A stretch of 64,000 nucleotides of DNA, from positions 6,696,001 to 6,760,000 of the forward strand of contig OZ024764.1 in NCBI GenBank assembly GCA_964016885.1. The letters are read 5' to 3'. Origin of the DNA: Eledone cirrhosa. Lineage: Eukaryota. The translations under genes were made by a program, and so were the position numbers. Position 1 is the first letter of the stretch. Every line of letters begins with the position of its first letter. Positions 23,454 through 36,064 of the stretch are shown piece after piece. Below the pieces are notes generated by a model, which had not been told where the DNA came from, searched no databases, and saw only the letters and a program-made list of their open reading frames with translations.

Positions 23454-24489
23454 TGAGGTGCTGGAACAACTAAGCACCTCACCAGTTACCTCTATTAGGC
23501 GAGGCTGAGGTGCTGGAACAACCAAGCGCCTCACCAGTTACCTCTATTAGGGGAGGCTGAGGTGCTGGAACAACCAAGCACCTCACCAGTTACCTCTATT
23601 AGGTGAGGCTGAGGTGCTGGAACAACCAAGCGCCTCACCAGTTACCTCTATTAGGCGAGGCTGAGGTGCTGGAACAACCAAGCACCTCACCAGTTACCTC
23701 TATTAAGCGAGACTGAGGTGCTGGAACAACCAAGCCCCTCACCAGTTACCTCTATTAGGGGAGGCTGAGGTGCTGGAACAACCAAGCACCTCACCAGTTA
23801 CCTCTATTAGGGGAGGCTGAGGTGCTGGAACAACCAAGCGCCTCACCAGTTACCTCTATTATGCGAGGCTGAGGTGCTGGAACAACAAAGCACCTCACCA
23901 GTTACCTCTATTATGCGAGACTGAGGTGCTGGAACAACCAAGCGCCTCATCAGTTACCTCTATTAGGCGAGGCTGAGGTGCTGGAACAACCAAGCCCCTC
24001 ACCAGTTACCTCTATTAGGCGAGGCTGAGGTGCTGGAACAAGCAAGCCCCTCACCAGTTACCCCTATTATGCGAGGCTGAGGTGCTGGAACAACCAAGCC
24101 CCTCACCAATTACCCCTATTATGCGAGGCTGAGGTGCTGGAACAACCAAGCGCCTCACCAGTTACCTCTATTATGCGAGGCTGAGGTGCTGGAACAACCA
24201 AGCGCCTCACCAGTTACCTCTATTATGCAAGACTGAGGTGCTGGAACAACCAAGCGCCTCACCAGTTACCTCTATTATGCAAGACTGAGGTGCTGGAACA
24301 ACCAATCACCTCACCAGTTACCTCTATTATGCAAGACTGAGGTGCTGGAACAACCAAGCGCCTCACCAGTTACCTCTATTAGGCGAGGCTGAGGTGCTGG
24401 AACAACCAAGCACCTCACCAGTTACCTCTATTATGGGAGGCTGAGGTGCTGGAACAACCAAGCGCCTCACCAGTTACCTCTATTAGGGG
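23454..24489. repeat. 52-bp double-hairpin VNTR, 20 units
   Basis: Same unit as at 15285; span/52 is ~20. Confidence 0.95.
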
Positions 24490-25669
24490 AGCCGCCAGTG
24501 CAGAGGAAACTCGCAGTCAGCGACCCGACTCCACCAAAACTCTCAAAAGCTACAAAGCTGGGAATAACATTTTAATATTACACAATACTAATAAATGAAC
24601 ATATTACACTACCTTAGTTTCACTGTTACCTGCAGCAAAGTCGTCAATGTTTTGGCTTGCCATTAAAAATATTTAGACATTGTTAATATAAAAAATAAGG
24701 TTTTATGTTCCGCCAAACTCAAATTTCCCGGTCATCGTTACAACACGAGCTACCTTGCAAAGTTAGCCACACATTCTCAGTCACGTTTTCGTATTTTCGC
24801 AGCGAAAATTTTTAATTAGTTTCATTAGTATGGAATAAAGTTTATTAAACTATTTTCTATTTAATTATATAATTTAATTACTTAATAAAATTAAGGAAAC
24901 AGCCAATCCTAGATAGTGGTGGCCATAACTGGACCCCGAAACCAAAGGTTGCGCATACATAAGTGTATGAAATTTAAAATATATATACATATATATATTT
25001 AGGTTTGTTGGTTCACCACTGGATAGAACTGGTCATTCCGTATGGTAAACCTTGATGTAATATTAGGGAGAGCACTCAACGTAATGCAACTCACCTCTTC
25101 GTATGTGTTGTTGGTGGTGCGAGTACGGAGTTAATTATTATAAAGTAACAGGAGGCTGGACTGGTGTCTCTGCTTTCAGCCCCATGGATCTTGTCTTTTA
25201 TATTCCTTTGTTATATTTCGAATATCCGATGATGTCACCGAATTCATACTGAACAAGGTCACTGAAATGATCCTTTTAAGGAATTACACCAGTCCAGCCT
25301 CCTGTTATTTTATAATATATATATATAGTACGTATATATATATATATATATATCATCATCGTTTAACGTCCATCTTCCATGGGTTTGGACGGGAGTTTTC
25401 CTACTTGAGGCAAGACTGGTTGTCTCACTCGTATATGACTATATTGTATTTCTACGGCTGGATGCCCTTCCTAACACCAACCACGTTTACAGTGTGGACT
25501 GGGAGGTTTTTACCGTGTTACCTACACGGCCACATTACAGCGTGGACTGTTTTTTTGTCGTGACACCTACACGACCTCATTTGTTTCGGCCTGGATGTTG
25601 TGGTACCAACATAACTTTACATTGAAAGGGGGTGGTATGTATGGGGTGGGGGTGTATTTTTGTTAGAGG

Positions 25670-27768
25670 TGCCTACTGACTGTAGGTTTTGCTTTGTACT
25701 TAGGTAAGGCGGGTCTTCTGTATTACTGTGTAGCGCCAAAGATCTCGGTCCAGTGACATTGTCTTGGAGAGGTGTGTGTGTGGTCGGAATTTATCTAGTC
25801 GTCCAAGGTTTTTCTGGGTCTGCCTACTCCGTGGCTACCGTCTATTTTTATTGCCCTGCACTTTTTTTATACAGCTGTCGTCTTTCATGCGCATCACGTG
25901 ACCGTACCAACGTAGTCTTCTCTCGAGTAAACAACATCTGATCCCTCTTATTCCTAACGTTCCCCTAGTTAGTTTATGCTTTGCCGTTCACGTATATTAC
26001 TATTACACATCCAGCGGAGCATGCAAGCTTCGTTCCTCTCCAGTCTGCATATATCCTCTGCACATAATGCCCAGGTCTCACTGCCATGTAACATTGATGT
26101 TCGTATACAGGCATCATACAGCCTGCCTTTCATTTTTAGAGAGAACCCTTTAGCGGTTAATAGTGGTATAAGCTCTCTGAACTTTTTCCATCCAGTTCTG
26201 ACTCTAGCTACTGTACTTTCAGATCACCCACCACCACTGCTGATTTTGTCACCCAAATAACGGAACCTGTCCACTATTTCTATAGAACCATCTGTGCAAT
26301 GGAATGAGCTAGTATCCTGTTGACACTTGCTACCTATTGCACCTGAGCATTGGCCACATATAAAGTCTACATTCTTAGATAGTTTACCTGTGATCCCACT
26401 ACATCTTTTATGTACACATACTTTGCATTTGGAACATAAAATGTAATTTGTGACTACTCCTTCCCTACACACTGAGCATGGCCATTTCCCTGAGGGCACC
26501 TGTGCCCTATTTTCCTTTCTACAAACTAGAACTTTAGTATTAGGCAAGTTAACTTTAAGGCCTTTTGATTCTAGGCCATGCTTCCATGTTTGGATTTTCT
26601 TCTCTAGTTCAGCTATGAGCGTTAGTTCATCTGCGTATAGGAGTTCCCATGGGCAGCCGGTCTTGAACTCCACTGTTATAGCCTGAAGGGCAATAATAAA
26701 TAGTAGGGGGCTAAGAACAGAGCCCTGATGAACACCAACTTTTACGCTAAACTCTTCACTATATTCGTTGTTAATTCTAACCTTGCTGACTGTTTCTTTA
26801 TACATGGCTTGTGTAGCTCTCACAAGCCATTCATCAACACCTAGTTTTCTAAGAGCCCACCAGATAATGGAACGGGGGACTCTGTCAAAGGCTTTCTCCA
26901 AGTCGACAAAAGCTAAGTATAGGGGTTTACTTTTAGCTAGGTACTTCTCCTGTAGTTCTCGTACAATGAAAAGAGCGTCTGTGGTACTTTTACCTGACAC
27001 AAACCCGAACTGCATTTCATCTAGATCAATTCGCTCTCTGATTAGTTGCGCTATTAATTTTTCCGTGACATTCATGACCTGGTCGATTAATTTAATGTTT
27101 CTATAGTTACCCCTATCTAGGGCATCTCCTTTACCCTTGTAGCAGTTAATGATTTAGCTGCTACGCCAGTCCTTCGGAACAACCCCATTCTGTATGACTT
27201 GGTTTTTCTCCTGCGGATAGTCCTCTTCTGTTGTCGAGTACGTCTCGTCCTGACTATGAGGTCGCTAATTATGAGTCTATGTTGAGAGGTGCATTCTTCA
27301 TGGGGGAGGGATTTAGTGTTTACAACAGACACTCTGTCACGTCTTCTGGTAAGGATATAATCTACCTGGCTGGTGTGTTCCCCTGATCTGTAGGTGATCA
27401 AGTGATTGTCTCGTTTTTTGAAGTTAGTGTTACAGATAGTTGGATTATTTGCGTCACAGAATTCCACCATTCTGGAGCCTTCCTCATTTCTAGTACAAAA
27501 CCCATAGCCTCCATGGATTCCGTCTTAGCCATAACAATGTTGTGCAACGTGACCATTTAGGTCACCAGCAATAATTATATAGTCACTGTCGGTTATTTGG
27601 GAGGTAGTGAGCATCAATGTCTCATAGAACCTGTCTTTTATAATGCCAGGCAGTCCGGATTGGGGTGCGTACGCAGATATTACTGTCACAGTAGTTCTAT
27701 TTAGAACAAGTCTTATTTTAATTATTCTGTCGTTCACTCTATTTACGTCTATTATCTTATCCACCCAT
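25670..27768 (-). mobile_element. RTE-clade LINE variant B (no Tx1 insert, ~0.7-kb internal deletion)
   Basis: ORF 26224-27075 is RT (FVDLEKAFDRVP, GVHQGSVLSPLLF); APE pieces at 27117-27764. Same 5' truncation point as variant A. Confidence 0.92.
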
Positions 27769-29589
27769 TATATATATATATATATAGTTAACCTTGGTCT
27801 TCTTCTAGTGTGTCCATGTAGGGGCTCCCACAGGAGCACTGAGTGCAATGTCAACTCTCGACATCGGTGACCATGTCCAGCTAACCTCAGTCTCCTCTGT
27901 GTCACTTTTGGGAGGCTCCCATACAGCTCTGAGTTCTTCATCCTCACCATTCTCGTGTAGCACCCATCCACGTATGTTGATGCCCTAAGGACAGACACTG
28001 GTCTCTTGGAGACGCAGGACATGGCAGCGATAATGAGGGACAGAGGCTGCTGGAGAGAACTCGTTCATGGTTGTCGGGAATTTTACCCGCCCTAGATATA
28101 TAGAGTCTGTGCTGCTATACGGGTCTGAGACTTGGACACTGACCAAGAAACTCACTCAGATGGTGGATGGGTGCTACACGAGAATACTGAGGATGGCTCT
28201 GAACATTAATCAGTATACACTTAGGATGAAGAACTCAGAGCTGTATGGGAGCCTCCCAAAAGTCAGCTCAAATGTGACACAGAGGAGACTGTATTGACAC
28301 ATTGGAAGAGGAAGACCAAGGATGATATATATTGATGTCATAAGGACAGACAATATTAAATACAAGGAAACTATATTTATTCTATTATATATATTTCAAG
28401 GGTTCCAAAACTTTGTTACACTTTCATCCCTTTTGATTATATAGTATGTATATATATATCTGCACCTCACGGGGCTCACACTTGCGGGTAGCTAACTCCG
28501 CTCCGATAGACTTGCAAGGGGGATTTGGTCAGGCGGGGGCCAAGAACACTGGAAGTCTCCACTGCCAAAATCTCAATAACAAACATATCAAAGAGTGGCC
28601 GATACTTTGACATGACGAGCAGCAAAGCCTGGGCTGGTCACTGAGTACACAATGTTGTCACTTGTGAAAATGTCACAACGTATGACATCCTTTCTAAACG
28701 AAGGGCCTACCCTTACGGAGCGGGAAGGTTGTCATGCCGTTAATCGATATGTTAACAGCTATGATTACGAGAAGGACAGACATAGAGGAGAGAGAAAGTT
28801 CTTTAAAAAGTAGGTTTCCCTGTCACAGTCCTCACCCCACAGGCTGGAGGGAGAGGGTTGGTAGAAATATCTGCCTACAATCTCATGAAATATCTCTGAG
28901 TAACTGGGTGGAACAGGACCAAAGTACTAAAGACTATAGCAGAGGAGGTGGAGAGGAGTTCCAGCTGGATCTGGTAGAGGAAGAACAACAAAGGTGATCT
29001 CCACCCAGATTAAGTGACCTACACACAACAGGTTAACAATAGCCAGGTGGCTTTATTATTAAATTCAGTCATGGCTGTGTATTGGCAGTATCGGTAGAGC
29101 GTCGGTCAATATGGTTTAAGGCACAGAGTTTCGGCCCTTTACAGTCTGAATTCAAATCTCGCCGAGGTTAGCTTTGCCTTTCATCCTTATGTAGTCGTAA
29201 AGTATCAGTAATGTACCGGGGTCGATAAATAAAGTATCAGTAATGTATTGTAGTGTACTGGAGTCGATAAATAAAGTACCAGTAATGTACTGAAGGTTGA
29301 TTTAATCAACGTCCCCCACACCCCAAATTATTCAATAATTCCATTATTGAGGCACATGGGTTGTGTATTCCATTAGAAATACGGTACCCCGTGGGTGGTG
29401 TCTGAGAAAAAAAAAGGCTGTTCAAATGGTTGATGATATCTAAAGTCTGTCCCAAGCTCGGGGACTCATCACGCCGGTCCTTACCCCGGTTTCCATGGCA
29501 AACATCTAAGAATATAAGACCACCCCCTGGACAGGGCGCTAGTCCATCGCTACAGCTGAGTATACTGGAGCATCGTGAAATAAAATCTT

Positions 29590-29817
29590 TTCTCAAGAAC
29601 ACAACACATAACCCAGTCCAGGTATTCAACCCACCTACCTCTAATGACGATATTATGAAGGGACTTTTCTTAAGAACACAACACACAACCCAGTCCAGGT
29701 ATTCAACCCACCTACCTCTAATGACGATATTATGAAGGGACTTTCTCAACAACACAACACACAACCCAGTCCAGGAATTGAACCCACCCACCTCTAATGA
29801 CGATATTATGAAGGGAA
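29590..29817. repeat. ~76-bp triplication of a SINE segment (also at ~49608-49835)
   Basis: ACACAACACA(C/T)AACCCAGTCCAGG...CTCTAATGACGATATTATGAAGGGA occurs three times. Confidence 0.85.
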
Positions 29818-31670
29818 CTAAATTAAAACCATCAAGAAAGGCAGACATAGATGTGCTGGCCACGTCTCCTCAGAGACAATAGGTAAACTATTAGAGTGGA
29901 CACCAAGGTACTGGAGAAGAACCAGTATGTATTACCAACAAGTACAAATGGTCCAGTGTCTGACAAAATAATCAACACTTCCTGGGCTAATAAGACGAAA
30001 ACAAAACTTTTGATTGGTTACGGCACTAGTCTATGGCAGGGTTAAACCCCAAGATACTGCTGGTACTCAGGCTCAGCTAAGTATACTGGAGCCACGTGGA
30101 ATGAAGTGTTTTTCTCAAGAACACAACACGATCCAGGAATGGAACTTATCACATTATGATCGTAAGTCCAACATTGTCACCACTATGGGAAGAATTACTG
30201 AAGTTTCACATGGAGTGTGACAAGACTGACTTAATTACAGGTACAGACATACACTGCTAAGGTGAAAACAAAACTTAGATGTATAGAATTAAATACGGGA
30301 GATAAGATTTCCCCCATCGACAAAGTCAAGTGGGAGAAAGAGGGTTTAAAACATAGATGGTGAACAGCTGGACTTATTGCGTGTACCTCAGAGAGATTGC
30401 AAGAGATGGGCAGCTTTTGGAAACGTCCCCCAAGTCAACAATCGAAACTACCATGTTCGATTGCTGTTAGTCTTGAGAGGAAGACAACCACACAGTGATA
30501 GGGAGAAATAGTCGACAGAAGGATTTGATAAAGACAAAGGAACTACCCCAGGAAGAAGTAGGAACAATTTTAAAACTATACTAGATATATATTTATTAAG
30601 AAAAGATATAAATTTAATATACTGTATATCCGCAATGTATTGAAACAGGTGAGTGTGTATCTCATTAAGAATACATTAACAAGAGAAGAACTAGGCAGGT
30701 GTAAATAGTAGATCATACGAAGGAGACTAAGAGGGAAAGATTTACAAAAATATCTCAACAAAATATAAAAATCTACGTTACCTTTCAGAAAGAGTTTCCA
30801 TTTAGCGAGAGTTTCTGTAAAGCTTGTAACATTCTACAAACAGGCTGCGCATGTTCCAAGTATCCTGGCCATGCTACAGCACCTTCTAAGATACTTGGCC
30901 ATAATACAGTACATTTGAGGTGGGGTTGGAGGTGAAAGTAGAACCAAGAATTCTGGGACTATGTTGAATGAGATGACGCAAGAGTGGAATTATGGAAAAT
31001 ATCCTTATGAACACACGTAATTCTCAGGGAGATTCAGTCTAAGACTTCTATACAGTCTCTGTCTACCCAGTTTCACATGGGATGTGATCGTACCTGGGAC
31101 TTAATGATGGTGAAATAAACTCACGAGTTAGTCGATATCGATCTTTACCAACACTGATCGACAATTAACCAATGATGGACAGAGGAAGAAAGTGATCGGA
31201 AAACTGAAATGAGTTTACAACTGTTTTAGTTTTTACGACCAGTATAATTCAGCTGAACATGAGTACCAGTAATAGGTGGGGGAGGGGTTAACCCTGTGAT
31301 GGACTGGTGGCCTGTCCAGGAGGGAGTCTTGTAATCTCATTCGCTTTACGGGATAAACGACAGACCAGAGAACGTCCACATACTTTGGGGATTTAAGGCA
31401 ACAAGACAATCGCCGACTAATTAACAATATTAAATGGTGATTACAGTTTCAGAAAATATTTACCACTGCTGAAGAATTGAATCAACAATTTACGGTCTTT
31501 GATCTCAATCTTGAAAGAAACATTTAAATCCACCGAAATATTTGCTAAAGACAACAGAGCTGCTACAGGGAAAACTAGGAAGAGTTTTAAAACAAAATAC
31601 ACTAAATATATTTCCTGTGAACAAAAAACATGTTGAATTTTATTATTAAATCCCTGCATTTTATTATTTA

Positions 31671-32668
31671 CTAGCAGTGGTAACCGGCGTTGCACGGGAT
31701 AAGGTATTATGGAACGCGGGCCGCCGACACACCTAATCGTCGAAAACTGCATGCCTCGACAATATGTAAAGAAAATAAACCGAATACTGATGGCAGGATA
31801 ATCTTTAAGATTTTTTAGATGAAGCAGGAAAAATGCAGGTTTTCACCTAAGGTAGGCCCTAGGGGATCAAGAAAATGAATTTTTTTTATGTGCATAATAT
31901 GCCTTGAAATTTCGGGACAATCGGCTAGGCGTAAGGCTTAAAAAGCTGAAAAAATTAAGTTTTTCACCTAATGCGGGGCCTAGGCCATAAAAAAGTTGGT
32001 TTTCTTTGCTCACGCTATGAAGAGACTAACTAATACATAATTACAATTTCAAGGAAATCAGTCTGACGTAACGCCTCAAAAATACCCCTAAGAAGCTGAA
32101 AAAAAACGCAGTTTTTCACCTAATGCGGGACCTAAAAGTTGTATTTTCTTTGCTCACGGTATGAAGATGAGACTGACTGATACATAGTTACCGGCTTTCA
32201 TTTTTAGTGTTGTGTGAAATGTATAACCGCCTTAGCTAAGCTTAGTATTGCCACAACCACGGCTAGCAAAGAAGTAAGGGTCTAATGGTATGTAAGTAAG
32301 CAACAAATTTGCTTAAAACGTGAGGAAGAAGTTGTGTGCACTTACGAACTGTTTGGGGAATTGAGTGTAAGATTTGTCTTGAGCAAGGGTGGCGGAATAA
32401 CCGCAGACAGCCAGACATACAGACAGATATTATAAGGGCGCGACGTTATATGTATTTATCTAAAAGACTAAAGACTAAAAATTATAGAGGGATCGCTAAA
32501 TCGCCTAATGCGGTCCCTAGGGCATTGAAAATTCTTTTGTTCAGAACACTCCCTGAAACGTAAGTATTACATGTATAAAGTTTGAAAACAGTTGGTTGGG
32601 TGCTTCTCGAGTTTTAGAGATTCAAACTCACACACACACAGAGACATCCTCAGTTTTATATATATAGA
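31671..32668 (-). mobile_element. Non-autonomous Helitron
   Basis: Minus strand starts 5'-TCTATATATATAAAA and ends CCCGTGCAACGCCGG hairpin...CTAG-3'. Inserted between A and T with no TSD; empty sites at 9695/6, 11943/4 and 51714/5. Confidence 0.88.
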
Positions 32669-34493
32669 TTTTCAACATCAATTTTGTGAATAAAAAACAA
32701 ACATAGGTTTTTCATTTTTTATTAAAATAACAATAGTGCTTAAATAAATATATTCTACATGCCCGCACCATAGATGAAACTTGGGGGTCAGTCTGTCTTG
32801 TGGTTCTGGAGCTAGGGAGGATGGCAAGGGAGACATACTGAAACAGCCACTGCTACTCTCGGGGCTCACACTTGTGGGTAGCTAACTCCACTCCAATAGT
32901 CTTGCAAAGGGGGATTTGGTCAAGCGGTGGGGACAAGAACACTGGAAGTCTCCACTGCCAAAATCTCAATAACAAACATATCAAAGGGTGGCCAATACTT
33001 TGACATGACGAGCAGCAAAGCCTGGGCTGGTCACTGAGTACACAATGTTGTCACTTGAGAAAATGTCACAACGTATAACATCCTTCCTAAACGAAGGGCC
33101 TACCCTTACGGAGCGGGAAGGTTGTCATGCCGTTAATCGATCTGTTAACAGCTATGATTACGAGAATGACAGACATACAGGAGAGAGAAAGTTCTTTAAA
33201 AAGTAGGTTTCCCTGTCACAGTCCTCACCCCACAGGCTGGAGGGAGGGGGTTGGTAGAAATATCTGCCTACAATCTCATGAAATATCTCTGAGTAACTGG
33301 GTGGAACAGGACCAAAGTACTAAAGACTATAGCAGAGGAGGTGGAGAGGAGTTCCAGCTGGATCTGGTAGAGGAAGAACAACAAAGGTGATCTCCATCCA
33401 GATTAAGTGACCTACACACAACAGGTTAACAATAGCCAGGTGGCTTTATTATTAAATTCAGTCATGGCTGTGTATTGGCAGTATCGGTAGAGCGTCGGAC
33501 AATATGCTTTACGGCAGAGTTACGGCCTTTTACAGTCTGAATTCAAATCTCGCCGAGGTTAGCTTTGCCTTTCATCCTTATGTAGTCAATAAAGTATCAG
33601 AAATGTACTGGGGTCAATAAATAAAGTACCAGTAATGTACTGAAGGTTGATTTAATCAACGTCCCCCACACCCCAAATTATTAGCCTTGTGTCTAAAGTG
33701 GAAATCATTAAATTATTCAATATTTCCATTATTTTCCATTATTGAGGCACATGGGTTGTGTATTCCATTAGAAATACGGTACCCCAGCGGGTGGTGTCTG
33801 AGAAAAAAAAGGCTGTTCAAATGATTGATGATATCTAAAGTCTGTCCCAAGCTCGGGGACCTGTCACGCCGGTCCTTACCCCGGTTTACATGGCATGAAA
33901 CATCTAAGAATATACGACTACACCCTGGACAGGGCGCTAGTCCATCGCTACAGCTGTGTATACTGGAGCATCGTGAAATAAAATCTTTTCTCAAGAACAC
34001 AACACACAACCCAGTCCAGGAATTGAACCCACCTACCTCTAATGACGATATTATGAAGGGAACTAAAAACAAACTGTTTACCCAGAATACGTCAACAGAA
34101 ACTAAGATTCCACGTTATAATGGCCTGACCCACCTGGTTATTTAAGACTAGTTTATATATATATAAAGAGAGAGAGAGAGATGTTATTGTATGTGGAGGG
34201 GTAGTGTTGTTGAACAACCAACCAGACTGCAGACCCTTCTGTTAAAACACCTGACAAACCTCATATGTAACGCACCCTCGTAGAACGAACATACCGAGGG
34301 TTAAAGTGCTTTAAAAACTGAAATTAATTTACAACGCTTTTAAGTAATATTTAGCAACAATTATCTGACACAAATTTATATATATACATATACACACATC
34401 TATATATATACATATACAACTATATGTATATATATAGATATCCATAAAACAACTCTTGGACCCGCTGGTGAAGTGTTTAAGGAGACAGAAGAC

Positions 34494-34810
34494 TGAGTTG
34501 CTGAAAGAGTCAAGCACCCTCGAGATATTCATCAGTTACCTCTATTAGGCGAGGCTGAGGTACTGGAACAAGCAAGCACCTCACCAGTTACCTCTATTAG
34601 GCGAGGCTGAGGTGCTGGAACAACCAAGCACCTCACCGGTTACCTCTATTAGGCGAGGCTGAGGTGCTGGAACAACCAAGCACCTCACCAGTTACCTCTA
34701 TTAGGCGAGGCTGAGGTGCTGGAACAACCAAGCACCTCACCAGTTACCTCTATTAGGCGAGGCTGAGTGCTGGAACAACCAAGCACCTCACCAGTTACAT
34801 CTATTAGGGG
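34494..34810. repeat. 52-bp double-hairpin VNTR, 6 units (first degenerate)
   Basis: Same unit. Confidence 0.93.
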
Positions 34811-36064
34811 AGCCACCAGTGCAGAGGAAACACGCAGTCAGCGACCCGACTCCACCAAAAGTCTCAAAAGCTACAAAGCTGGGAATAACATTTTAATATT
34901 ACACAATACTAATAAATGAACATATTACACTACCTTAGTTTCACTGTTGCCTGCAGCAAAGTCGTCAATGTTTTGGCTTGCCATTAAAAATATTTAGACA
35001 TTGTTAATATAAAAAATAAGGTTTTTTGTTCCGTCAAACTCAAATTTCCCGGTCATCGTTACAACACGAGCTACCTTGCAAAGTTAGCCACACATTCTCA
35101 GTCACGTTTTCGTATTTTTGCAGTGAAAATTTTTAATTAGTTTCTTTAATGTGGAATAAAGTTTATTAGATAAATTTCTATTTAATTACTTAATAAAATT
35201 AAGTAACGAAATTGAGGAAGCAGCCTATCCTGGATAGTGGTGGCCATAACTGGACCCCGAAACCAAAGGTTGCGCATACATGATAAGTGTATGAAATTTA
35301 AAATATACTATATATATATATACATATATATATAGTATATTTTATATGTATAGTATATTTTAAATATATATATATATATATATTTAGGTTTGTTGGTTCA
35401 CCACTGGATAGAACTGGTCATTCCGTATGGTTAACCTTGATGTAATATTAGGGAGAGCACTCAACGTAATGCAACTCACCTCTTCGTATGTGTTGTTGGT
35501 GGTGCGAGTACGGAGTTAATTATTATAAAGTAACAGGAGGCTGGACTGGTGTCTCTGCTTTCAGCCCCATGGATCTTGTCTTTTATATTCCTTTGTTATA
35601 TTTCGAATATCCGATGATGTCACGGAATTCATACTGAACAAGGTCACTGAAATGATCCTTTTAAGGAATTACACCAGTCCAACCTCCTGTTATTTTATAA
35701 TATATATATATAGTATGTATATATATATATATATATATATCATCATCGTTTAACGTCCATCTTCCACGCTTGCATGGGTTTGGACGGGAGTTTTCCTACT
35801 TGAGGCAAGTCTGGTTGTCTCACTCGTATAGGACTATATTGTATTTCTACGGCTGGATGCCCTTCCTAACACCAACCACGTTTACAGTGTGGACTGGGAG
35901 GTTTTTACCGTGTTAACTACACGGCCAAATTACAGCGTGGACTGTGTTCTTTTTGTCGTGACACCTACACGACCTCATTTGTTTCGGACTGGATGTTGTG
36001 GTACCAACATAGCTTTACATCAAAAGTGGTGGTGTGTATGGGGTGGGGGTGTATTTTTGTTAGA

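Noticed and set aside
23454-24489. let-7-like miRNA cluster (units begin TGAGGT)
   Set aside because: The match stops after 6 nt, and the 28-nt hairpin is too short for a pre-miRNA.
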